Source of the DNA: Candidatus Aldehydirespirator sp.
Lineage (GTDB): Bacteria; Actinomycetota; Acidimicrobiia; Acidimicrobiales; Aldehydirespiratoraceae
DNA length: 64,000 bases
Direction: 5' to 3'
Assembly (NCBI GenBank): GCA_965205155.1
Contig: OZ242033.1
Location: 2,677,537-2,741,536, forward strand
The notes under the pieces were generated by a model. It saw only the letters and a program-made list of their open reading frames with translations, did no database searches and was not told the DNA's origin. How positions within the stretch are numbered: the first letter of the stretch is position 1; the number at the start of each line of letters is the position of its first letter. Positions 1 through 7,933 of this stretch are shown here, in pieces. A program made the position numbers and the translations under genes.

Positions 1-165
1 GGCCCACTCGTCCAGGTAGGCGTCCTCGCCGGCCGTGAACCGCTCGCGGTTCTCGGCTTTCATCAACGACATGGCGAACTGGTTGAGGTGGTACCCCTTG
101 GCGGCCTGGTCGGTGTCGAAGACGGTGGTCCCCGGGATGTCGAGATAGGGCTTGTCTAGGGCCAT
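1..165 (-). CDS. ligA: Protocatechuate 4,5-dioxygenase alpha subunit (5' part; runs off the window edge)
   Basis: Not in the ORF track. Manual translation from ATG 165 gives MALDKPYLDIPGTTVFDTDQAAKGYHLNQFAMSLMKAENRERFTAGEDAYLDEWA, matching the LigA/PmdA N-terminus. Confidence 0.9.
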   Translation of the reverse strand, partial: MALDKPYLDIPGTTVFDTDQAAKGYHLNQFAMSLMKAENRERFTAGEDAYLDEWA

Positions 166-310
166 GATGCTCCGCTTGTGGTACCGGTAGGGCAGGCCGA
201 CATACTGCTCGGCGGACGCTCGCTGAGCGTCGTTCAGAGGATGCCAGAGTTCTGCGGATGGCGGGAATCGTCCCCGCCAGTTGTCCCGGCAGCCTAGGAA
301 GGGGTGCGAG

Positions 311-1261
311 ATGGTCAAGGTGGCGATGGCCGGCGTGGGCGCCTTCGGGAACAAGCACCTGGACGGGCTGGCGTCGATACCCGACGCCGATGTGGTCGCC
401 GTCGTCGACCCGGTCGAGGCTGCGGCCCGCAAGGCCGCGGAGGCCCGCGGCATCGAGCGGGTCGAGACCAGCCTCGACCCGGTGCTGGCCGACGACGGCG
501 TCGACGCGGTGATCCTGGCCACCCCGACGCCCGTGCACGCCGAGCAGGCCATCGCATGCCTGGAGGCCGGCAAGCATGTGGAGGTCGAGATCCCGCTGTG
601 CGACAACCTGGCCGACGGGCGGGCCGTGGTCGAGGCCCAGCGGCGCTCGGGCAGGGTGGCCGCGTGCGGGCACACCCGCCGGTTCAACCCCAGCCATCAG
701 TGGGTGCGCAACCGCATCCAGGCCGGCGAGTTCTCGATCCAGCACATGGACGTGCAGACGTTCTTCTTCCGCCGCACCAACACCAACGCGCTGGGCGAGC
801 CCCGCTCCTGGACCGACCACCTGCTGTGGCACCACGCCGCCCACACCGTCGACCTGTTCCAGTACCAGACCGGAAGCCCGGTCGTGGCGGCCCAGGCCTT
901 ACAGGGGCCGATCCACCCCGAGCTCGGGATCGCCATGGACATGTCGATCCAGCTGCTGACCGAGGCCGGCCAGTTGTGCACGCTGGCGCTGTCGTTCAAC
1001 AACGACGGGCCCTTCGGGACGTTCTTCCGCTACATCGGCGACACCGGGACCTACGTCGCCCGGTACGACGACCTCTTCACCGGCGACGACGAGCCCGTCG
1101 ACGTGTCCGGCGTGGACGTATCGATGAACGGCATCGAACTCCAGGACCGCGACTTCATCGCCGCCATCGTCGACGGCCGGGAGCCGATCGCCAGCGTGAC
1201 CTCGGTGTTGCCCTGCTACGAGGTGCTCGACCAGATCGAACAGCAGTTGGCAGGCGGCTAA
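311..1261 (+). CDS. ligC: 4-carboxy-2-hydroxymuconate-6-semialdehyde dehydrogenase (Gfo/Idh/MocA family)
   Basis: GxGxxG, VEIP, HTRRFNPSHQW, RSWTDHLLWHHAAHTVDLF and SMNGIELQDR are as in LigC/PmdC; RBS-like GGAAGGGG precedes ATG 311; ligA is adjacent. Confidence 0.9.
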   Translation: MVKVAMAGVGAFGNKHLDGLASIPDADVVAVVDPVEAAARKAAEARGIERVETSLDPVLADDGVDAVILATPTPVHAEQAIACLEAGKHVEVEIPLCDNLADGRAVVEAQRRSGRVAACGHTRRFNPSHQWVRNRIQAGEFSIQHMDVQTFFFRRTNTNALGEPRSWTDHLLWHHAAHTVDLFQYQTGSPVVAAQALQGPIHPELGIAMDMSIQLLTEAGQLCTLALSFNNDGPFGTFFRYIGDTGTYVARYDDLFTGDDEPVDVSGVDVSMNGIELQDRDFIAAIVDGREPIASVTSVLPCYEVLDQIEQQLAGG

Positions 1262-1317
1262 CCCGCTCCTGTACGCCTTCTCTTCGACGCGCCTTTATCG
1301 GCGCGCTAAACATCTGC

Positions 1318-1347
1318 TTGACCGTATAACTGGATGTCTGGCAGTAT
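1318..1347 (+). promoter_or_regulatory. Housekeeping-sigma promoter for a leaderless regulator mRNA
   Basis: TTGACC (1318-1323), 18-nt spacer, TGn-CAGTAT (1342-1347), 6 nt, GTG 1354. Confidence 0.6.
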
Positions 1348-1353
1348 TGAAAT

Positions 1354-2577
1354 GTGCGTGCGGAAGATCTTCAAGAGGGGCGCCTACTGGGTTCGCGGTC
1401 GGCCGCTGCGATCCGGGTCAGCGATTCCAGCAGGGTGCCGCTGGCCACCCAGATCGCCAGGCAGTTCATGTGGCAGGTGGCGTCAGGCCGGATCGTCGCC
1501 GGAAGCCTTCTCCCCCCGATCGCCGAGCTTGCCGACAAACTCGGCGTCAGCGTCCACACGGTCCGAGCCGCCTACCGGCAACTTGCCGACGACGGCATCG
1601 TGTCGATCAGCCGCGGCTCCCGAACCAGCGTGCTCGGATACGACCGAGCTCGCGCCCTAGTCCGCAATGATTCGCACCCGAGTTACAGCATCGGAGTGAT
1701 GGTCCCCGCCTTCACCGACTACTACGCCGACTTCCTCCAAGCCCTGAGCCTGGAGGCCGAACTCGAAGGATGGCTCCCGATCATCTGCCAGACCCAGCAC
1801 TACGACGCAGGGGTCACCTCGCGGCATCTCGATCAACTCTTCAGCCGCAACGTCGACGGCGTGATCCTGATCCACTTCACCGCGGCCGGCGACGAAGCAG
1901 TAGTGGACGTGGTCGAGTCCTCCTCCGCGCTGCGGCCGTTCGTGTTCGTCGACAGCGCCAACGTCGGAATGGGGTGGCACATCCTGGCCGATCGCGCCAC
2001 CGACGGCTTCGAGGTCACGATGCATTTGATCGAGCACGGCCACCGCCGGATCGCTCACGTGGCATCGCCGACTGACTCGAGTTCGAACCTCCTCAGTACC
2101 GGCTACGCCAGGGCCCTGGCTGCCGCGAACCTCCCGGTCGATCCCGAACTGGTGGCCAATGTGGTCGACTTCTCGCTGGAAGCGGGGGCGAAGGCGGCGA
2201 CACATCTGCTGCTTCAGGACGATCCCCCCACCGCCATCTTCTGCGCCGGGGACATCCTGGCTCTGGGCGCTATCTCGGCGTCGCACGAACGCGGCCTTCG
2301 CGTCCCGCGCGACGTCGCCGTGATGGGCTACGGCGAGATCCCGTTCGCCCGCCTAGCGGCGCCGCCACTCTCAACCGTGCGCCTACCAGCCGACAGACTC
2401 GGCCACGAGGCGATCCGCACCTTGCGCCAGGCGATCCACGACGGGTCGCCGCAAGCCCCGGTAACAGTCGCGACCGAAGCCGTCTTCCGGGAGTCCTGCA
2501 ACTGCGCGACCCGTCCGGACGGGCAATCCGACGCGATCTCGACAAAGAGATCGAGCAACGAAAGGGGAAACCAATGA
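1354..2577 (+). CDS. GntR-HTH + LacI-type sensor domain transcriptional regulator (AraR-like architecture)
   Basis: N-terminal LPPIAELADKLGVSVHTVRAAYRQL; C-terminal VDGVIL, GHRRIA, PTAIFC, VPRDVAVMGY, PPLSTV. Confidence 0.85.
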   Translation: MRAEDLQEGRLLGSRSAAAIRVSDSSRVPLATQIARQFMWQVASGRIVAGSLLPPIAELADKLGVSVHTVRAAYRQLADDGIVSISRGSRTSVLGYDRARALVRNDSHPSYSIGVMVPAFTDYYADFLQALSLEAELEGWLPIICQTQHYDAGVTSRHLDQLFSRNVDGVILIHFTAAGDEAVVDVVESSSALRPFVFVDSANVGMGWHILADRATDGFEVTMHLIEHGHRRIAHVASPTDSSSNLLSTGYARALAAANLPVDPELVANVVDFSLEAGAKAATHLLLQDDPPTAIFCAGDILALGAISASHERGLRVPRDVAVMGYGEIPFARLAAPPLSTVRLPADRLGHEAIRTLRQAIHDGSPQAPVTVATEAVFRESCNCATRPDGQSDAISTKRSSNERGNQ

Positions 2578-3692
2578 GACGTGCGAAGCACTGGAGCGCT
2601 GGCCTGGCACTGCTGCTCGCGGTGGCTCTCGTGGCGGCCGCCTGCGGCGAAGACGAGGACGCCGCGACACCCGAGCCGGCGCCGACGACCGCGCCTGCGG
2701 CTGAGGCCCCGGCAGAGCCCGCGCCCGAGCCGGAGCCAGAACCAGAACCGGCATCCGAGCCAGAACCGGAACCGGCACCCGAGCCCGAACCGGAACCGGT
2801 CTCGGTGTCGCTGCGGCTCCCCTGGTTCCCCAACACGCAGTTCAGCGGCTCGTACGTCGCCGCGGCGAAGGGCTATTTCGCCGAGGAGGGGCTCGACGTG
2901 ACGATCAACCCAGGGGGATTCGACGTGAACAGCATCACGCTGGTGGCGGCCGGCTCCGACACCTTCGGACTCCACGACACCGGCTCGCTGCTGTTCGCTG
3001 CCGCCGAGGACATCCCGCTGATAACCGTGGCCACCTACTTCCACAAGCATCCGGGAGCGGTCATGGCGCTCGAAGAGTCCGGAATCGAAACCCTCGAGGA
3101 CTTCGTGGGCAAGCGGATCGGATTCGCCGAGGGCGGGCCGTGGCAGCTGACCCAGGCCATGCTGGCCAAGAACGGCATCGACGTCGACGATCTCGAGCAG
3201 GTGGCGATCGGCTTCGACCTGGCGCCGATTCTCGACGGCTCGGTCGACCTGAAGACGGTCTTCGCCACCAACGAGCCCATCCTCGCCGAGCTGCAGGGCT
3301 TCCCGGCGAGAGTCTTCGTCCCCTACGACTACGGGGTCGAGACTTCCGCCAACGCGCTGTTCACCACCCAGGACTACTTCGAGGACAACCCCGAGGTGGT
3401 CTGCGGGATGGTCCGGGCCATTTCCCGAGGATGGGAGTTCGCCTTCGAGAACCCCGAAGAGGCGCTGGACATCGTCATCGCAGTCGATCCCGAAAACCTC
3501 GACCCGGAGAAGGAGGCCCGCAGCCTCGAAGCCATCAAGGACGCCGTGCTCACGCCCGATGCGGTCGCCGACGGCATCGGCTCGATGAAGCACAGCCGCT
3601 GGGAGACGGTGGACGAAGTCATGCGCACCTACGGAGGCTTGGACGTCGACGTGGACCTCAACTCGGTCTACTCGGCCATGTGCTACTCGTAG
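2574..3692 (+). CDS. NMT1/THI5/SsuA-family ABC substrate-binding lipoprotein
   Basis: Lipobox VAAAC; Pro/Glu linker; LPWFPNTQFSGSYVAAAKGYFAEEGLDV; EDFVGKRIG. Confidence 0.85.
   Translation: MRRAKHWSAGLALLLAVALVAAACGEDEDAATPEPAPTTAPAAEAPAEPAPEPEPEPEPASEPEPEPAPEPEPEPVSVSLRLPWFPNTQFSGSYVAAAKGYFAEEGLDVTINPGGFDVNSITLVAAGSDTFGLHDTGSLLFAAAEDIPLITVATYFHKHPGAVMALEESGIETLEDFVGKRIGFAEGGPWQLTQAMLAKNGIDVDDLEQVAIGFDLAPILDGSVDLKTVFATNEPILAELQGFPARVFVPYDYGVETSANALFTTQDYFEDNPEVVCGMVRAISRGWEFAFENPEEALDIVIAVDPENLDPEKEARSLEAIKDAVLTPDAVADGIGSMKHSRWETVDEVMRTYGGLDVDVDLNSVYSAMCYS
2716..2797 (+). repeat. Degenerate 6-bp repeat encoding a (PE)n linker
   Basis: gagccc/gaaccg/gaacca units encode EPAPEPEPEPEPASEPEPEPAPEPEPEP. 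Confidence 0.7.
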
Positions 3693-3773
3693 CGAAGGGC
3701 GCCGTGAAGGCGTCGGGTAGTGAATGGCGTCGGGGCGCCCCCTCGACATAGCCTCGACGACGAAAGGAGCGCT

Positions 3774-4556
3774 TTGGCAATCTTCGACAAGAGCGCGTCC
3801 ACCCGGGACATCCTCCAGTACCACGTTCGGGTGCGGCCCGGTGATGTCGCCGACTACGTGCTCCTTCCCGGCGACCCCGCTCGGGTGGGACTGATCGCGG
3901 AACATCTGGACGAGCCGCGGGAGGTGGCCTGCCACCGCGAGTACCGGACGGTCACCGGGTCGTTCCGGGGCATCGGAGTGAGCGCCACCTCCACCGGGAT
4001 CGGCTGTCCTTCTGCGGCCATCGCCGTGGAGGAACTCTGCAACGTGGGCGCCTCGCACTTCATCCGGGTCGGCAGCAGCGCCGCCTTCGTAGAGGGGATC
4101 AGTGCCGGCGACATCCTCATCAACACCGCCGCGATGCGCCTCGATGGGACCAGCGCCACATACGTGGACGAGGGCTTCCCCGCCGTCGCCGACCACTTCC
4201 TCGTGCGGGCGCTGATCGACGCGGCCGCGGATCTCGCCCCCGAACGGGGGTTCGCGAGCCATATCGGCCTCAACGTGACGAGCGACGCCTTCTACGCCGA
4301 AAGTCCCGAGTGGGTGGAGCGGATGATCGAGCAGCGGATTATGAACGTCGAGATGGAGTCGTCGGCGATCTTCACGATCGCGCACCTGCGCCAGGTCAAG
4401 GCCGCCATGGTCTGCGCGGTGTCCTACAACTTTACGGCACCCGCCGAGATCGACTACGAGGGCGTGAACGAACCCCTCGTGACCGGCTGGCACAACGCGA
4501 TCGATGTAGCGCTCGAGGGCATCTGGCGGCACGAGGCGACCAAGAGCACTTCGTGA
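3774..4556 (+). CDS. Nucleoside phosphorylase (PNP_UDP_1 hexameric family)
   Basis: PGDPARV, REY, STGIGCPSAAIAVEEL, IRVGS, NVEMES; RBS AAGGAG before TTG 3774. Confidence 0.85.
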   Translation: MAIFDKSASTRDILQYHVRVRPGDVADYVLLPGDPARVGLIAEHLDEPREVACHREYRTVTGSFRGIGVSATSTGIGCPSAAIAVEELCNVGASHFIRVGSSAAFVEGISAGDILINTAAMRLDGTSATYVDEGFPAVADHFLVRALIDAAADLAPERGFASHIGLNVTSDAFYAESPEWVERMIEQRIMNVEMESSAIFTIAHLRQVKAAMVCAVSYNFTAPAEIDYEGVNEPLVTGWHNAIDVALEGIWRHEATKSTS

Positions 4557-5386
4557 ACGAGCCGGACCGAGCCGGAGGGCCCGGGGGAATTGTCATCGAC
4601 GGCATCACCATGCGCTTCGGCGGCCGCGATGCGGTCACCGCACTGCGGGACGTCAGCCTGGAGATCGCCGGCGGCGAGTTCGTCGCCATCGTCGGCCCCT
4701 CCGGCTGCGGCAAGTCGACGCTGCTGCGGATAATCGCCGGGCTGCAGCCGCCTACCGACGGGTCGGTGACGGTTCGGGGGAAGACCCCGGCCCAGGCCCG
4801 GCGCGACGTGGAGTTCGGCTTCGTCTTCCAGAGTCCCGTGCTGTTCCCCTGGCTGCGGGTGCTCGGCAACGTAATGCTGCCCGACCGCATCCTCGGCAAA
4901 CGCAACCCACTGGCGGTCGGCGACCCGCAGGCGCACGCCCGGGGCCTACTCCGGGAGGTGGGGCTGGAGGGCTTCGAGGAGCACTACCCCGAGCACATCT
5001 CTGGCGGGATGCAGCAGCGTGTGGCGCTCGCCCGGGCCCTCAGCTACGGCCCGTCGACGCTGCTGATGGACGAGCCGTTCGGCGCACTGGACGAGTTCAC
5101 CAGAGACAACCTCAACATCCAGCTCCTGGAGGTGTGGCAGCAAACCGGTCGCACGGTGCTGTTCGTGACCCACAGCCTCTCCGAGGCCATATTCCTGTCC
5201 GACCGGGTGGTGGTCCTCAGCCCCCGCCCCGGCAGCGTCATCAGGGTCGCGGACGTACCGTTCGAGCGGCCGCGACAGCTCTCCATCCGCTACCGACCCG
5301 ACTTTGCCGCCTTGAACGGCGAGTTGCGCGAACTGTTGCAGGTCGACTCGACGGCTAGCGGCGACGGGGAGGGCGAGCGGTCATGA
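4553..5386 (+). CDS. ABC ATPase (SsuB/TauB type)
   Basis: GPSGCGKST, ISGGMQQR, LLMDEPFGALD, FVTH; GTG overlaps the upstream TGA. Confidence 0.9.
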   Translation: MNEPDRAGGPGGIVIDGITMRFGGRDAVTALRDVSLEIAGGEFVAIVGPSGCGKSTLLRIIAGLQPPTDGSVTVRGKTPAQARRDVEFGFVFQSPVLFPWLRVLGNVMLPDRILGKRNPLAVGDPQAHARGLLREVGLEGFEEHYPEHISGGMQQRVALARALSYGPSTLLMDEPFGALDEFTRDNLNIQLLEVWQQTGRTVLFVTHSLSEAIFLSDRVVVLSPRPGSVIRVADVPFERPRQLSIRYRPDFAALNGELRELLQVDSTASGDGEGERS

Positions 5387-6165
5387 CGGACGCCGGCAGG
5401 CGCTCGAAGTGGCGGACTTACGTGCCATCGGCGCTGCTGTTCCTCGCCGCGCTGGGAATCTGGGAACTCTGGGTGGTGGTGCGCGACGTCCCCACCTATC
5501 TGCTGCCGAGGGTCTCGGAGATCGGTGCCGAGTTGGGCGAGCACGGGTGGTCGCTGTTCGGCCACCTGCGCTGGACGATGCTCGAGGCGGTCCTGGGTTT
5601 CGCGGTGGGGAGCACCGCGGCGTTCGTGGCCGCCGTCGTCTTCGTGCACATGCGATCGGTCGAGGGCGCCCTGTTTCCTTGGGCCATCGTGCTTCAGACG
5701 ATCCCGATCGTGGCGATCGCGCCGCTGCTGACCATCTGGTTCGGCTTCACGCTCGTGCCGAAGGTTGTGATCGCGGCGATCATCTGCTTCTTCCCGGTGC
5801 TGGTCAACACCACACGCGGCTTGAGATCCATCAGCGGGCAGGCCCTGGAGTTGATGAGCGTGCTGTCGGCCCGCAAGACGGCCGTGTTCTGGCACCTGCG
5901 AGTGCCGAGTTCGCTGCCGTACATCTTCGCCGGACTGCGCATCGCCTCCACGCTGGCGGTCATCGGCGCCATCGTGGCGGAGTTCACCGGATCGGACCGC
6001 GGGATCGGGTTCGTGATCATCCAGGCCAGCTACCGGCTCGACACCAAGCGCCTCTTCGCCGGGTTGGTGCTCTCATCGGCCGGCGGGATCGTGTTCTTCA
6101 ACCTCATCGGCCTGCTCGAGCGGCTCACGGTCCGCTGGCCCGGAGGACGCCTGCAGGAGTCCTGA
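5383..6165 (+). CDS. ABC permease (SsuC/TauC type)
   Basis: Multiple TM helices; PIVAIAPLL, FFPVLVNT, PSSLPYIFAGLR, GAIVAEF. Confidence 0.9.
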   Translation: MTDAGRRSKWRTYVPSALLFLAALGIWELWVVVRDVPTYLLPRVSEIGAELGEHGWSLFGHLRWTMLEAVLGFAVGSTAAFVAAVVFVHMRSVEGALFPWAIVLQTIPIVAIAPLLTIWFGFTLVPKVVIAAIICFFPVLVNTTRGLRSISGQALELMSVLSARKTAVFWHLRVPSSLPYIFAGLRIASTLAVIGAIVAEFTGSDRGIGFVIIQASYRLDTKRLFAGLVLSSAGGIVFFNLIGLLERLTVRWPGGRLQES

Positions 6166-6209
6166 CCCCGGGGCCCGGCGGGAGACCCACCGCGGTTGGT
6201 GTTGCCGCC

Positions 6210-6244
6210 TTATCATGATAATCTGATTGTTGAGATCAAATCTC
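6210..6244. promoter_or_regulatory. Two palindromes (candidate operators) upstream of a TA-like pair
   Basis: Perfect TTATCATGATAA (6210-6221) and GAGAT-caa-ATCTC (6232-6244) in an AT-rich patch. Confidence 0.5.
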
Positions 6245-6324
6245 GATCTAGCAGGTTGTTCCTCGCTTCGAGCCTTGTCGGCCCCGACCGGCTCCTCACG
6301 CAGTGCTGCGGAAGGAGCGGGCTC

Positions 6325-6582
6325 ATGGCGAGGGGCACCCATCCCAAGAAGGAGGTCCGCAGGGCGATCAAGGAACTCAGGGCGGCAGGCTGGACGATCG
6401 AGGTAGCCGTGGGCGGTCACGCCCACCGGCGGGGGACTGCGACATGCCGGCACCAGCATCCGAGTAGCCCGGGCAGGGCGTCCAGCTGCGTACGGTTCAT
6501 CTACGGCACACCGCACAATCAGTACGACGAGGCGAACCGTCTTCGTCGGGCGCTTCGAAAATGTCAGAGAAGGCTGGCATGA
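6325..6582 (+). CDS. Small basic protein, HicA-like putative toxin
   Basis: RBS AAGGAG; HPKKEVRRAIKELRAAGWTIEV..GGHAH..C..GTPHN; 85 aa, Arg-rich. Confidence 0.55.
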   Translation: MARGTHPKKEVRRAIKELRAAGWTIEVAVGGHAHRRGTATCRHQHPSSPGRASSCVRFIYGTPHNQYDEANRLRRALRKCQRRLA

Positions 6583-6601
6583 TCCGAATAGGAGTGGATC
6601 G

Positions 6602-7012
6602 ATGGCTAGGACCACCAGAAGCAGGTTCGACTTCACATTGGAGACCGGCGGTAGGAGCCTGCTGGACGACGAAGTCGCCGACGCCCTCTATGAGGCGGGA
6701 TGCGATGACGCCGGGATAGGCCGTTTCCTGGGTGTCCACTACCTGGACTTCACCCGGGAGGCCGGCTCCTACTGCGAGGCGGTGCGGACCGCGATCGAGG
6801 ATGTCCAATCGGTGGCGGGCGTCAGCGTGACACGGGTGGTGAACGAGGACACCACGGCCTGTGATGCCTTCACGGCCGCTGTCAACGCGGCGCTGTCCTC
6901 TCCGGCGCGGTGCCCTGACGTGCCCGGCACGCAGGAGCAGATCGAGTTGCGGCGCATCTGGGAGATGGCCGTGCAGGCGCCATCCGACAGCGTCCCCGGA
7001 GCCGCCTTCTAG
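6602..7012 (+). CDS. Acidic protein, putative cognate antitoxin (HicB-like fold)
   Basis: RBS AGGAG; FDFTL..DALYEAGCDDA..YLDFTREA..AVRTAIEDV, a motif I recall downstream of such HicA-like genes. Confidence 0.55.
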   Translation: MARTTRSRFDFTLETGGRSLLDDEVADALYEAGCDDAGIGRFLGVHYLDFTREAGSYCEAVRTAIEDVQSVAGVSVTRVVNEDTTACDAFTAAVNAALSSPARCPDVPGTQEQIELRRIWEMAVQAPSDSVPGAAF

Positions 7013-7021
7013 ACTGAATCC

Positions 7022-7309
7022 ATGTCGCGCGACCGGATCGAGCGTCGCCTGCGGGGGGTCGGACAGCAGTTGAACGTGCTGCGGACCGACCTTCGCGTCT
7101 GCGAGGAGCAACTGGTCCAGGTCAGCGAGGAGGCCGACGAGTGCCGGCTGCGGGCCCTGGTGTCGGAGACGCCGCTGGCCGAGCGCGAGTACCGGGAGGC
7201 ACAGCGGCATGCCGACCGGCTGCAACAGCACCGGGATGAGATCGCGGCCCGGATCACTCGCCTCGAGGCCGACCAGGACGCCTTGCTGGATCGGTTCAGC
7301 GCGTCGTGA
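7022..7309 (+). CDS. Hypothetical coiled-coil protein
   Basis: Heptad-like helix, RLRALVSETPLA; TAGACT 6 nt before ATG; overlaps the start of the next gene. Confidence 0.7.
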   Translation: MSRDRIERRLRGVGQQLNVLRTDLRVCEEQLVQVSEEADECRLRALVSETPLAEREYREAQRHADRLQQHRDEIAARITRLEADQDALLDRFSAS

Positions 7310-7893
7310 ACGCGCCCGGCGCCGTTCGGGTGGTAGTCGCCGAGGACGAGGCCATAATCCGGCTCGACCTGGTCGAGACCCTGCGCGAGGAGGGATTCGA
7401 CGTCGTGGCCGACACGGGCCGGGGCGACGAGGCAGTCCAACTAGTGGCCGAGCACCGTCCCGACGTCGCCATCCTCGACATCAAGATGCCCGGCCTCGAC
7501 GGCATCGAGGTCGCCCAACGGATCGCGCCGCAGCGGGGCACCGCGGTGGTGATCCTCACCGCGTTCAGCCAGCGCGACCTGGTCGAGCAGGCCCGAGAGG
7601 CCGGGGCCATGACCTACCTCATCAAGCCATACCGGCGCGACGCTCTGGTGCCCGCCGTGGAGCTGGCCCTGGCCCGCTACCGGGAGATGGAGGCGCTCGA
7701 GGGCCAGATCGACGACCTCGAGGACCGGCTGGAGGTCCGCAAGATCGTGGAACGGGCCAAGGGGCGCCTGATCGACGACCAGGACTTGAGCGAGCAGGAC
7801 GCCTACGCGTTCATCCAGCGCACCGCCATGTCGCAGCGCCGCACGATGCGAGACGTCGCCGGCGATGTGCTAGAAGGCCGCATCTCGCCCTGA
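7306..7893 (+). CDS. pdtaR: ANTAR-domain response regulator (PdtaR-like)
   Basis: Receiver AEDE, DIKMP, TAFSQ, KP; ANTAR RKIVERAKG..AYAFIQRTAM; usual position upstream of polA. Confidence 0.85.
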   Translation: MNAPGAVRVVVAEDEAIIRLDLVETLREEGFDVVADTGRGDEAVQLVAEHRPDVAILDIKMPGLDGIEVAQRIAPQRGTAVVILTAFSQRDLVEQAREAGAMTYLIKPYRRDALVPAVELALARYREMEALEGQIDDLEDRLEVRKIVERAKGRLIDDQDLSEQDAYAFIQRTAMSQRRTMRDVAGDVLEGRISP

Positions 7894-7933
7894 TCCGGCG
7901 GCGGACCCGGGCCGGTTGCCGTAGATTCACACC

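Noticed and set aside
7010-7024. 6602-7012 and 7022-7309 in frame across a TAG (possible readthrough)
   Set aside because: The TAG is part of the TAGACT -10 box; its 12-nt offset from ATG automatically puts it in frame.
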